In this document: one piece after another, positions 23,393 through 32,671 of the stretch
Layout of the letters: every line of letters starts with the position of its first letter
Position numbering within the stretch: position 1 is the stretch's first letter
NCBI GenBank assembly: GCA_943787795.1
Contig: CALSNU010000001.1
Span: 416,001 to 480,000, forward strand
Reading direction: 5' to 3'
Origin: an uncultured bacterium
GTDB taxonomy: Bacteria > Planctomycetota > UBA1135 > GCA-002686595
Length of the DNA stretch: 64,000 nucleotides
Program-made: the position numbers and the translations under genes
Notes under the pieces: model-generated
The model's database searches: none
Told to the model about the DNA's origin: nothing
What the model saw: the letters and a program-made list of their open reading frames with translations, nothing else

Positions 23393-24518
23393 ATGGGGAC
23401 ATATTTCAAGCAGAAGGACCTCGAGACCCTCCGAGAGCTCCGCGCCACCCTGCTGGGGATGGAGCAGCGCCCCGCGGGGGAGCCAGCGCAGCCCTACTGG
23501 GCCTCGGCCCGCACCCTGGAGCTCTACGACCGCATCTTCGCCGCTCGGATCGGCTGGAAGTGGGAGGCGGTGCTCGACGAGGTGGAGCAGCGGGGGGGCC
23601 TCCCGGCGCCCCGGTCCGTCCTCGACTGGGGCACGGGCACGGGGGTCGCCTCCCGCACGACGCTGCGGCGCATCGCGCGGGCCCGGGCAGTGGATGCCCG
23701 GGCAGTGGATGCCGGGGCAGTGGATGCCATTGCAGCGGAGGGCACTGCAGCGGAGGGCACTGCAGCCGAGGGCCACTGCAGCCGAGGCCATTGCAGCAGA
23801 GGCAGGTGCAGCAGGGACCTCGTCGCTCCCTGAGCGGGTCGTCCTCCTCGACCGTGATGAGGCGGCCCGGGAGTTCGCCGCGGCCTCCCTGCGGGCGGAG
23901 TTCCCAGGTCTGAACGTGGAGACCACCGCCGAGCTGCCGGCAGAGGCCTTCGACCTGGTGCTCGCCAGCCATGTGCTCGATGAGCTGTCGGATGAGGACG
24001 TCCAGCCTCTGCTCGGGGCCGCGACCGCAGCGGATCAGGTCTTGTGGGTGGAGCCCGGCAGCATGGCCACCTCGCGCCGTCTCGGGGAGCAGCGCGCGGT
24101 GTTGCTCGAGTCCCACGATGTCATTGCACCCTGCGCCCACCGCGGGTCGTGCGGGGTCCTGGCGGCAGGGCACGAGCGCGATTGGTGCCACCTCTTCGCC
24201 CGCCCGCCCGCCGAGGTGCACACCACGGGTGAGTGGAGCGAGATCCACCGGGAGCTGCGCATCGACCTGCGGAGCCTGCCGTACTCCTTCCTCGCCCTGC
24301 GCCGTGCTTCGGTCCAGCACCCGGACGCCGCGCGCCTCCTCGGGCGCCCGCGCTTCCAGAAGGGCCGGGTGCTGCTCGACCTCTGCGACGCTGAGGGGGT
24401 CGAGACCCGCCCCATGCTCCAGCGCAGCGACAAGGTCCTGTTCAAGGCGCTGAAGGAGACCGCTGGCGAGGTCGTGCTCATGGAGCGCGACGGCGACCGG
24501 CTGACCCGCCGCCCTTGA
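23393..24518 (+). CDS. Rsm22/METTL17-like SAM-dependent methyltransferase; frameshifted near 23770 within a minisatellite
   Basis: N-part (frame of 23381) has VLDWGTGTG; C-part (frame of 23334) has FDLVLASHVLDEL, WVEPG, APCAHRGSC..WCH, YSFL. Confidence 0.8.
23684..23816 (+). repeat. 15-bp coding minisatellite (about 9 units)
   Basis: GGGCAGTGGATGCCN x3 then (C/T)TGCAGCNGAGG.. x6, encoding xAVDA / xAAEG / xAAEA; one unit is 16 bp. Confidence 0.9.
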
Positions 24519-24529
24519 TCCTCCCACCC

Positions 24530-25993
24530 ATGACGCCAATGGCCATGCACGTACTCCTCGCCCTGACCCTTGGCCTCTCGCTCCAGCAGCCCGGCGCCCC
24601 CGTGCCCGCCCAGGCTCCCGTCCAGGTCCACTCCATGAGGCCTGCTCCGGCCGTGCACCTGGCCAACGGGATCAAGATCGGGGAGGTGACGGACCGGTCC
24701 GCCATCGTCTGGGTGCGCCTCACGGCAGCGCCGGAGCGCAACGTGGAGGGGCTCCCCTGGCCCGATGGCGCGGACGCCTTGCCGGAGGGGCGGGCCCTTG
24801 GGGACATGGTGGACTCGGCCCCTGGCGCCGCAGGCAAGGTGCGCCTCACGTGGTGGCCGGAGGGTGATGGGGAGGCCCGGCGGAGCACCGCCTGGGCGGC
24901 GGTGGACCCGGACCGAGACCACACCCATCAGTTCCTCGTCACCGAGGGCCTCGCGCCGGGCCAGCGCTACCGCTTGCTGGTGGAGGGGCAGGGCGCTGGG
25001 GGCGGAGCCTGCCGGCTCGAGGGGAGCCTGCGAACCGCGCCTGAGCCCGGCGCCGCCTCGCCGGGCCGCTTCACCGTGGTGACGGGCCAGTCCTACCTCC
25101 GCCGGGACGACCCGGAGCGCGGGCACCGCATCTACGCCCGGATGCTCGCCCTCGACCCGGACTTCTTCGTGCACACCGGGGATGTGGTCTACCACGACAA
25201 GCCTGGCCCCTTCGCGAAGTCGACGGCGCTGGCCCGCTACAAGTGGAACCGGATCTACGCCATGCCGCTGCAGCGCGCGTTCCACGCCCGCGTGCCGTCA
25301 TGGTTCATGACCGACGACCACGACGTTCTGAAGAACGACTGCTGGCCCGGTCAGCGCTACGGCGACCTCTCATGGGACGAGGGGCTCGCCATCTACCGCG
25401 AACAGACGCCCACCGGCCCGAGGCCCTATCGCCGGGTGCGGTGGGGGAAGGACCTGGAGGTGTGGTTCGTGGAGGGCCGTGAGTTCCGCAGCCCCAACCG
25501 CATGGACGACGGTCCGGAGAAGTCCATCTGGGGAGCGGAGCAGAAGGCCTGGTTCAAGGAGACCTTCGCCGCGTCGGACGCGACGTTCCGCGTCCTCGTC
25601 TCCTCCACGCCCATCGTCGGCCCGGACCGCTCGAGCAAGAAGGACAACCACGCCAACGCGGCCTTCCGCCACGAGGGGGATGAGCTGCGCGCCTTCCTCG
25701 CCTCGCAGCCGAACGCCTACGTGATCTGCGGTGACCGCCACTGGCAGTACGTGTCCGAGGACCCGGCCTCAGGCGTCCGCGAGTACTCCTGTGGCCCGAC
25801 CACGGACAAGCACGCCGGCGGCTTCAGCCAGAAGAGCCGCTCCGACGCCCACCGCTACCTCAAGGTCTGCGGCGGCTTCCTCGAGGTCAGCCTCGAGTAC
25901 GAGGACGGGGCGCCGAGCCTCGCCTTCCGCCACCGCGCGGTGGATGGCTCCCTCAATCACGAGGACCGGCGGTCCGTGACGGGGGGGCGCTGA
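24530..25993 (+). CDS. PhoD-family alkaline phosphatase
   Basis: Signal peptide; GEVTDRSAIVWVR, HTGDVVY.D, DDHD, ICGDRHWQY; start uncertain (24515-24546). Confidence 0.88.
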   Translation: MTPMAMHVLLALTLGLSLQQPGAPVPAQAPVQVHSMRPAPAVHLANGIKIGEVTDRSAIVWVRLTAAPERNVEGLPWPDGADALPEGRALGDMVDSAPGAAGKVRLTWWPEGDGEARRSTAWAAVDPDRDHTHQFLVTEGLAPGQRYRLLVEGQGAGGGACRLEGSLRTAPEPGAASPGRFTVVTGQSYLRRDDPERGHRIYARMLALDPDFFVHTGDVVYHDKPGPFAKSTALARYKWNRIYAMPLQRAFHARVPSWFMTDDHDVLKNDCWPGQRYGDLSWDEGLAIYREQTPTGPRPYRRVRWGKDLEVWFVEGREFRSPNRMDDGPEKSIWGAEQKAWFKETFAASDATFRVLVSSTPIVGPDRSSKKDNHANAAFRHEGDELRAFLASQPNAYVICGDRHWQYVSEDPASGVREYSCGPTTDKHAGGFSQKSRSDAHRYLKVCGGFLEVSLEYEDGAPSLAFRHRAVDGSLNHEDRRSVTGGR

Positions 25994-26010
25994 GCCCGGG
26001 GCCGGACGGC

Positions 26011-26577
26011 TCAGCCTTCGCCCCCGACGCCGAGCTCCTCGGCGTGGGGCTTCATGGCGTCGATGATGAACTGGATGTGCTCGGTGAGGTCGGCGCCCAG
26101 GAACTCGACGCCCGCGGCCACCTCGTCGCGCTCGACGCCCGCCGCGAAGGACTTCTGCTTGAGCTTCTTCTTCACGCTCTTGGGCGTGAGGGTCGTGATG
26201 CCCTCCGGGCGCACCAGGCAGCAGGCGCCGACGAAGCCCGTGAGCTCGTCGCAGGCGACGAGCGCCTTGTCCAGGAGCGAGTCGTGGGGGACGCCCCACT
26301 TGGTGTAGTGGGCGCTGACCGCGTGGGCGACCTCGGGCTCGCCCTGCTCCTCGAGCCAGGCGACGATCTTCTTCGGGTGCTCCTCAGGCCAGCGGTCGTA
26401 GTCCGCGTCGTGCAGGAGCCCCGCGAGGCCAAAGCGCTCCTCATCGGCGTCGCCGGCGCCATACCGGTGGGCGGCGGCGCGCATCACCACCTCCACGGCC
26501 CGGGCGTGGGTCATGAGGGCCTCGGAGTCGGTCCACGAGCGGAGTCGCTCGTACGCAGCGTCACGGGTCAGGGTCAT
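26011..26577 (-). CDS. HD-domain (HDIG-type) hydrolase
   Basis: HARAVE, GLLHDADY, HAVSAH, ACDELTGF, KSVKKKLKQKSFAAGV. Confidence 0.9.
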   Translation of the reverse strand: MTLTRDAAYERLRSWTDSEALMTHARAVEVVMRAAAHRYGAGDADEERFGLAGLLHDADYDRWPEEHPKKIVAWLEEQGEPEVAHAVSAHYTKWGVPHDSLLDKALVACDELTGFVGACCLVRPEGITTLTPKSVKKKLKQKSFAAGVERDEVAAGVEFLGADLTEHIQFIIDAMKPHAEELGVGGEG

Positions 26578-26611
26578 GGCCGCCAGCCTAACCACCGTGC
26601 GGGGTCACCGT

Positions 26612-26678
26612 GGGTCCTCTCTCGTGGGCCCTCTCTCGCGGGTCCTCTTCCGGGTCCTCTTCCGGGTCCTCTCCCGGG
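26612..26678. repeat. 12-14-bp tandem repeat (GGGTCCTCT...) x5
   Basis: gggtcctctctcgt, gggccctctctcgc, gggtcctcttcc x2, gggtcctctccc. Confidence 0.85.
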
Positions 26679-26691
26679 CGGCCGTCGAGGT

Positions 26692-28293
26692 TCAGTCCCC
26701 AAGGGTGAGCTGGTGGGAGGCCAGCACCTCGGGCGCGTGGGAGCGCGAGTCATAGAGCCGCACGAAGTCGGCGGCCTCGCTGGCCTTCGAGGCGCGCAGG
26801 TCGTCCACCCAGTGGGGCGGCACCGCCTGGAAGAGCAGGCGGGCGCGGATGGTGAGGGGGCCCTGCGCGCCGCGGGTCTCGACGGCATAGGCCGTGCGAT
26901 CCGAGCCGCCGATGAAGTCGTCGTCGTCGCCGACCCCCACGGGAGCGGTCTCGGCCACGTGGGGTCCATCCGGGCGCCAGCCCCTGGGCAGGAGCCGGTT
27001 GTCCTTGCTCCGGACCGCCATGCGGGTGAGCTGGGAGGTGGGCGCGCCGGAGGCGTCGAGGGCGACCAACTCGTAGACCTGGGGCCCCGCTGCGTCCGGG
27101 GTGATCTGATTCCGGTGGGAGATCGCGAAGGCGTCCTCTTGGCCCTCGATGCGGCCGTCCTCCGAGACCGTCCCGCTGGACCAGATCACGCCGCCGCGGT
27201 CCTCGACGACCACCTCCACCCACACGCGGCGGCCCGGATAGCCGGTGGGCAGCTTGTGGCCCGTCAGGTTCTCCACCCGCACGCCAAAGGCGAGCAGGTC
27301 GCCGTCCCGGGACGCGTCCTCCAGGGTCAGGCGCGCGGTGCGCCGGGCGAGCTGGCGCCGGGTCTGCTCGGCGGTCTCCCGCAGGGCCTCGGGCGGCGCG
27401 AGGATGCCGAGCTCTGAGGCGTGGTCCGCCATGAGCTCGAGCATGAAGGCGTTGCCGCCCACGAAGCGATGCCCGCGCACCTCCGGACGCTCGTCGATGA
27501 ACCCGAAGTCGAAGCCGCCGGGGTTGTGGGCGATGCGCATCTCGTCCTGGTCCTCCATGTGGCACTGCTGGCAGCTCCGGGAGTCCTCGGTCACCTCGTC
27601 TTCGTAGGAGTAGACGCTGTTGCGCCACTCCAGGTACGGCGACTGCTCTGGGAAGCTCTCCTCGCCGTGGTGGCTCGTCTGCGTGTGGCACGTGGCGCAC
27701 ACCGACGACAGCACCATGTGTTCGCCGTAGGTGACCTCGTAGCCGGTGTGCACTCGCATGGGGCCCGCGGCGGGGTCGGGGTAGGGGCCCCAGATCCGCG
27801 CCTGCAGGTCGTGCGGCGGCAAACCGTCAAAGGTCGAGGGATCCCCGAGGCCCTCGCCCGTCATGCGGTGGCATACGGTGCAGGTGACCCCGTCCATGGC
27901 GGCGGGGTCCTCGAGGAGCTCCGCCATGGAGCGCGTGGGGTTCCCCATCAAGCGGTCGTGGTGGTGGGCGGCGGGGGCGTGGCAGCGCAGGCAGAGGGAC
28001 TCGACCTCCGCGCGCTCGAGGGATCCGTCCGCCTCGCCGAGCTCGACCTCCCGGGCCATCTTCGCGCGCCAGTAGGGATCGAAGAACGACTGGGCCATCA
28101 TCGTCCCCTTCCACAGCCCATGGGGCGATCCGTCCGCGCCGTCCGGCCGGGTCAACGCCGAGGCGTTCGGGCTCTGGTCGTGGCAGCGGGCGCAGCTCTC
28201 CGCGAGCTGGAAGACGTGCGTGCCCCCCTCGTCGTCGCCGTCCTGCAGGGACGGGAGGGCGAGGAGGGGAATGAGGAGCAGGCCCAGCTTCAT
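26692..28293 (-). CDS. secreted multiheme c-type cytochrome (5 CXXCH)
   Basis: CARCH, CLRCH, CTVCH, CATCH, CQQCH; signal peptide; GHKLPTG. Confidence 0.9.
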   Translation of the reverse strand: MKLGLLLIPLLALPSLQDGDDEGGTHVFQLAESCARCHDQSPNASALTRPDGADGSPHGLWKGTMMAQSFFDPYWRAKMAREVELGEADGSLERAEVESLCLRCHAPAAHHHDRLMGNPTRSMAELLEDPAAMDGVTCTVCHRMTGEGLGDPSTFDGLPPHDLQARIWGPYPDPAAGPMRVHTGYEVTYGEHMVLSSVCATCHTQTSHHGEESFPEQSPYLEWRNSVYSYEDEVTEDSRSCQQCHMEDQDEMRIAHNPGGFDFGFIDERPEVRGHRFVGGNAFMLELMADHASELGILAPPEALRETAEQTRRQLARRTARLTLEDASRDGDLLAFGVRVENLTGHKLPTGYPGRRVWVEVVVEDRGGVIWSSGTVSEDGRIEGQEDAFAISHRNQITPDAAGPQVYELVALDASGAPTSQLTRMAVRSKDNRLLPRGWRPDGPHVAETAPVGVGDDDDFIGGSDRTAYAVETRGAQGPLTIRARLLFQAVPPHWVDDLRASKASEAADFVRLYDSRSHAPEVLASHQLTLGD

Positions 28294-28367
28294 GACGGCG
28301 ATTGCACGGGATCAGGGGCCCGAGGTGAAGGGGGGAACCGCCCTCGGGAGCCGCCGGCCCCTCGGGA

Positions 28368-29777
28368 TCAGCGTTGGAGCGCCGCGAGGACGCGCGCCTT
28401 CACCGAGGTCATGGGCACCGCGCCGTTGCTGTCGAGGCCGCCGTCGAGGTCGCCGCCGAGATCACCGTCCAGCGGCATCGACGAGAGCCAGATGGGGCCG
28501 TCCACGGGGTCCTCGGGGAGCAGCCCGTGGCTGCCCTTGATCAGGGAGGCGTCGAGGGGAATGACGTCCAGGAGGTAGCGCATGCCGAGCTTCTTCTGGG
28601 CCAGGCGGCGGGCCACGCGGAGCGCGGGGACCTTCAGGTCGGGGTCCACGAACATCTCCACGGGGTCGTAGCCCGGCTTGCGGTGGATGTCGACGGTGCG
28701 GGCGAAGTCCGGCTCGCCCGCGGGATCCGACCAGTAGTAATAGGTGAACCAGGCGTCGGGGTCGGAGAGGGCGACCAGGGTGCCCGCGTTGGGGTGGTCC
28801 AGGCCTGCCTCGCGCTTGCCGTCATGGTCGAGCACGGAGGCGACGCCGGGGAGCCCCTCGAGGAGCTCACGCACGGCGGCGGTGGAGGCCTCGTCCTGGC
28901 AGTAGACGTGGGCGACCTGGTGGTCGGCCACGGCGAAGGCGCGGCTCGCGAAGGTGTCGAGCACGTCGCCCTTGGGGGTCGGGCGGACCGCCAGCAGGCC
29001 GGCGTCGCGCAGCGCCCGGTTGATGTGTACGGGTCGGGACACGTCGCGGATGCCGTACTCGCTGACCACGATGGTCTCGGCCCCGTTGCGGTCAGCCGCG
29101 GCCACCAGGTCACCGATGACCCCGTCGACCTCGCGCAGGGCCTTCACCGAGCGTGGATCGGTGGGTCCGAAGCGCTGGTGGTCATAGTCCAGGTGGGGGA
29201 GGTAGGCCATGGTCAGGGTCGGCCGGTGCTCCTCGAGGGTCGAGATGGTCGCGTCCGCGATCCAGCGGCTCGAGGGCAGGCCCGCCTTCGGCCCCCAGAA
29301 GTCGAAGAAGGGGAAGGCGCCGTGGGTCTTCTCCTGGGCCTCGCCGAACTCCGGCGGCGAGGAGTAGATCGCGACCTGCTTGGCGCCGTCGGCGAAGTAG
29401 AAGGGCCGCGGCGTGATCGAGCGGTCCACGGCGGCGCCCATGTTCCACCACCAGAAGAGCTTCGCGCAGGTGAAGCTCGGGTCGAGCTTGCGGGCGGCCT
29501 CGTAGACCTTCTCGCCGCCGACGATGTGGTTCGACTGGCGCCACAGGGCCACGTCTCGGCTCGCCGGGTCGCACCAGCCGTTGCCGACGGCGCCGTGGGC
29601 GGACGGCAGGGCGCCTGTCAGCATGGTCGCCTGGGCCGAGCAGGTGACGGCCGGGAGGACCGCGGCCATGGGCGACATCCCGCCGCGGGCGGCGAGGGCC
29701 GCGAGGTGGGGCGTGACGTCGGCCTGAACCTGGCGGGGCGTGAGGCCGACGACGTCGAGGAGGAGGACCGGCTTCAT
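28368..29777 (-). CDS. alkaline phosphatase superfamily nucleotide pyrophosphatase/phosphodiesterase (EboF-like)
   Basis: LDVVGLT, PAVTCSAQAT, LPHLDY, VSEYG, DIHRKPGYDP.E, KGSHG. Confidence 0.88.
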   Translation of the reverse strand: MKPVLLLDVVGLTPRQVQADVTPHLAALAARGGMSPMAAVLPAVTCSAQATMLTGALPSAHGAVGNGWCDPASRDVALWRQSNHIVGGEKVYEAARKLDPSFTCAKLFWWWNMGAAVDRSITPRPFYFADGAKQVAIYSSPPEFGEAQEKTHGAFPFFDFWGPKAGLPSSRWIADATISTLEEHRPTLTMAYLPHLDYDHQRFGPTDPRSVKALREVDGVIGDLVAAADRNGAETIVVSEYGIRDVSRPVHINRALRDAGLLAVRPTPKGDVLDTFASRAFAVADHQVAHVYCQDEASTAAVRELLEGLPGVASVLDHDGKREAGLDHPNAGTLVALSDPDAWFTYYYWSDPAGEPDFARTVDIHRKPGYDPVEMFVDPDLKVPALRVARRLAQKKLGMRYLLDVIPLDASLIKGSHGLLPEDPVDGPIWLSSMPLDGDLGGDLDGGLDSNGAVPMTSVKARVLAALQR

Positions 29778-29836
29778 CGGACCAGGGATCCTATCGCGCG
29801 GAGGATCGTCGGCGCGCTACGGGTACGATGGAACCC

Positions 29837-30190
29837 ATGGTCGGCAAGTGGATCTCGAACCTCTTCTCCCGCAAGCCCGTGCTCGTGAAGGGCGGAGCCA
29901 AGGTCGCCGAGGGCGAGGCGCGCAGCGTCGACCTCGGAGACCCCCACGCGGGGGGCACGCGATTGCTCCTGTGCAAGGTGGACGGCGAGATCCACGCTCT
30001 GGACTCGCGCTGCCCCCACGCGGACGGGCAGATCCAGTCGGGCCCGCTGGAGAAGGGGCGCTACGCGGTCTGTCCGCTGCATCGCTACCTGTTCGACCCG
30101 GTGACGGGGGCGGCCCAGGGCGTCGCCTGCAAGCCTGCGCGACGGTTCAAGACGCGCCAGCAGGGCGATGACGTCGAGGTCTTCATCTGA
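29837..30190 (+). CDS. Rieske [2Fe-2S] ferredoxin
   Basis: CPH...CPLH..FD..TG; ATG 29837 chosen because TACGAT lies 7 nt upstream. Confidence 0.9.
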   Translation: MVGKWISNLFSRKPVLVKGGAKVAEGEARSVDLGDPHAGGTRLLLCKVDGEIHALDSRCPHADGQIQSGPLEKGRYAVCPLHRYLFDPVTGAAQGVACKPARRFKTRQQGDDVEVFI

Positions 30191-30220
30191 GCTGGGCCCC
30201 TCGGTCGGGGGCGGCCGAGC

Positions 30221-30565
30221 TCAGAAGCTCATGATCTGCATGCGGATCCGCTCGGCGATGGCAGGGTCCTCGCAGCGCACGTGGACCACGGTCCGTCGGG
30301 CGTCGTAGGGCTCGACGAAGGTCACCACCTCGCGGCCACGGACCTCCGTGCGGAGGCTCCGCTCCAGCCCTGCGGATTGGATCGGACCGCTGGCCATGCT
30401 GCGGACGATGGAGCTCGTCCGGGACCAGACCTGGTCGATGTCGCCGACGACGATGACGCCCTCGGTGCGGACGGACGCGGACGTTCCGGCGCGGCCTTCG
30501 GTCTCGGTGATGCAGGCGCCGAGGAGCGGCAGCGCGATGATGGAGGCGAGAAGGGAGAGCCTCAT
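30221..30565 (-). CDS. putative lipoprotein
   Basis: Signal peptide with lipobox LLGAC; ATGA overlap with the upstream gene. Confidence 0.75.
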   Translation of the reverse strand: MRLSLLASIIALPLLGACITETEGRAGTSASVRTEGVIVVGDIDQVWSRTSSIVRSMASGPIQSAGLERSLRTEVRGREVVTFVEPYDARRTVVHVRCEDPAIAERIRMQIMSF

Positions 30566-30987
30566 GCCACCTTGCGGTCGAGGAGGGCGTCCCAGGCGCG
30601 GGAGCGCGTGCGGCGCCGGCGGCGTGCAGGTCGCGTCGCTGGCTCGGCCTCCGGCTGACCCGCGGGCTCTGCCGTGGGAGCGGCGCCGATGTTCACTTCC
30701 AGCAGGCTACCCGGGGCGGCGGGGGCAGCGGGAGCGGCGGGGGCGGCGGACACCAGGGTCGCTGCCTGCGGGCTGAAGCCGAGGTTGAGCGTGGTCCCGG
30801 TGGCGCGGGCGACCCGCTGCAGGATGGAGAGGTCGATGCCCTCGTAGCTCGGACTCTCCCAGAGCTTGATGATCGCCGGGCGTACGTTGGCCCGCTCGGC
30901 GAGCTCCGCCTGCGAGAGGCCCGCGGCCCTCCTGCAGCTGGAGATCAGCTCGGGATAGTTCGGAAGGTCCAGGGAAGGCTCGCGCAT
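30562..30987 (-). CDS. XRE-family HTH protein with an Ala/Pro-rich C-terminal tail
   Basis: RRAAGLSQAELAERANV...WE...LSILQRVARA. Confidence 0.75.
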   Translation of the reverse strand: MREPSLDLPNYPELISSCRRAAGLSQAELAERANVRPAIIKLWESPSYEGIDLSILQRVARATGTTLNLGFSPQAATLVSAAPAAPAAPAAPGSLLEVNIGAAPTAEPAGQPEAEPATRPARRRRRTRSRAWDALLDRKVA

Positions 30988-31212
30988 GGGGATGGGGGTT
31001 GGGCCGGCTCTCTCTCCGGTACTGGCCCCATCGACCGGATCGGGCCGGGACTTGTGCGTTGAACCGTCACTCTGGGGATGGTCGGGGAGCGCCCTGGACG
31101 GATTGATGCCCACCGCGGGGGCTGCCGCGCCCTCTTCGGCGCCAGGAACCGGCAGGCCACACGGGGCCGCTGCCCCTGGTTGGTTCCTGTGCCGTCAGGG
31201 TAAACTCCTTGA

Positions 31213-32082
31213 ATGCCTGAACTTCCGGAGGTCGAGACCACCGCCGCGCTGATCCGGCCCCACGCCGAGGGGCGTGAGATTCTGGGGGCGGACGTCGAAT
31301 GGTTTCGCTCGCTTGGCGGGGCGTCGCCCGATGAATTTGCGGGCGCGATTCGTGGGGCGACCATCGCAACGGTGCGTCGCAGGGCGAAGTGGGTCGTGAT
31401 GGACCTCGAGCGAGGCGGAGAGCCCGCCGGAGCCTTGCTCTGCCACCTGCGCATGACCGGCCGGCTTGTGGCCGACTCCTGGGAGGAGCCGCCTCAGCCC
31501 TATCAGCGGGTGGAGCTACACCTGCATCGTCGGGGGGGCCAGCGGACCCGCCTGCGGTTCCTCGACGTCCGCAAGTTCGGCCGCTTTCGCTTCGCCCCCG
31601 AGGGGGCCGCGGCCCTGGAGCCCCTGGGCCCGGAGCCCCTCGGTCCGGAGTTCACGGTGGACGCCTTCGCGGCGGCCCTCAGGGCGAGGCGCCGGGCGCT
31701 GAAGCCCCTGCTCCTGGACCAGGGCTTCGTGGCGGGCCTCGGCAACATTTACGTGGACGAGAGCCTGTTCCTCTCTGGGCTGCACCCCCTGCGGCGCTCG
31801 GATCGGGTGCCGCGAGAGCGGGTGGAGCGGCTGCACGCCGCGATCCAGTCCACCCTCGCCGCCGCGATCGAGCGCGAGGGGTCCAGCTTCGACGCCTTCT
31901 ACAGGACCCCGGAGGGGCAGCCGGGCTCCTATCAGCACCTGTTCCGGGTCTATGGCCGGGACGGACAGCCCTGCACGGCGTGCGGGCGAACCATCAAGAA
32001 GCTCGTGGTGGGGCAGCGTGGCACCCACATCTGCACCCGTTGTCAGCCCAGCCCCCGCCCGCCCCGGGCCGGCCGGCCGTAG
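31213..32082 (+). CDS. mutM: formamidopyrimidine-DNA glycosylase/AP lyase
   Basis: MPELPEVET, HLRMTG, DVRKFG, LGPEPL, LLDQ..VAGLGNIYVDESLF, C-terminal zinc finger. Confidence 0.97.
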   Translation: MPELPEVETTAALIRPHAEGREILGADVEWFRSLGGASPDEFAGAIRGATIATVRRRAKWVVMDLERGGEPAGALLCHLRMTGRLVADSWEEPPQPYQRVELHLHRRGGQRTRLRFLDVRKFGRFRFAPEGAAALEPLGPEPLGPEFTVDAFAAALRARRRALKPLLLDQGFVAGLGNIYVDESLFLSGLHPLRRSDRVPRERVERLHAAIQSTLAAAIEREGSSFDAFYRTPEGQPGSYQHLFRVYGRDGQPCTACGRTIKKLVVGQRGTHICTRCQPSPRPPRAGRP

Positions 32083-32092
32083 AATCCTCGCC

Positions 32093-32662
32093 ATGCTTGA
32101 TACCACGAACTTCAAGAAGGGTCTCTGTGTCGTCCACCGCGACGAGCCGTGCATCATCGTCGACTACACCGTCTCGACGCCCACGGCCCGCGGTGGCAAC
32201 ACCATCTTCAAGACCAAGCTGCGCAACCTGAAGACGGGTCAGATCTACAACGACACGATCCGCAGCGGGGACAAGTTCGCCGAGGTGGACCTCGAGCGCC
32301 ACGGCGCGTCGTACCTCTACAACGACGGCAAGCGCTGGTACTTCATGGACGACGAGTCCTACGAGCAGTTTGACCTCGGCGTCGATGAGATGTCGGGGGA
32401 CGAGCTCTACATCAGCGACGGCATGGAGGGGATCCAGGCGGTGCTCATCGACGGCCTGGTGGTCTCGATCCAGCTGCCCCTTAGCGTGGCCCTCGACGTG
32501 GTCGAGTGCGACCCCTCGATCAAGGGGGCGACCGCCCAGGCCCAGCTCAAGCCGGCGGTCTGCGCCACCGGGCTCAAGGTGCAGGTGCCTTCCTACGTGG
32601 AGATCGGGACCCGCATCCGCGTCGACACCCGCGACGGCCACTTCCTCGAGCGCGAGAAGTAG
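32093..32662 (+). CDS. efpL: elongation factor P-like protein, EfpL/YeiP type
   Basis: EF-P-like sequence with loop TPTARGG instead of PGKG; PSIKGATA..KPA..TGLKVQVP. Confidence 0.85.
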   Translation: MLDTTNFKKGLCVVHRDEPCIIVDYTVSTPTARGGNTIFKTKLRNLKTGQIYNDTIRSGDKFAEVDLERHGASYLYNDGKRWYFMDDESYEQFDLGVDEMSGDELYISDGMEGIQAVLIDGLVVSIQLPLSVALDVVECDPSIKGATAQAQLKPAVCATGLKVQVPSYVEIGTRIRVDTRDGHFLEREK

Positions 32663-32671
32663 GCCCGCCGC

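Noticed and set aside
23684..23816. Repeat arrays as CRISPR
   Set aside because: Units are contiguous, short and degenerate, with no unique spacers and no cas genes
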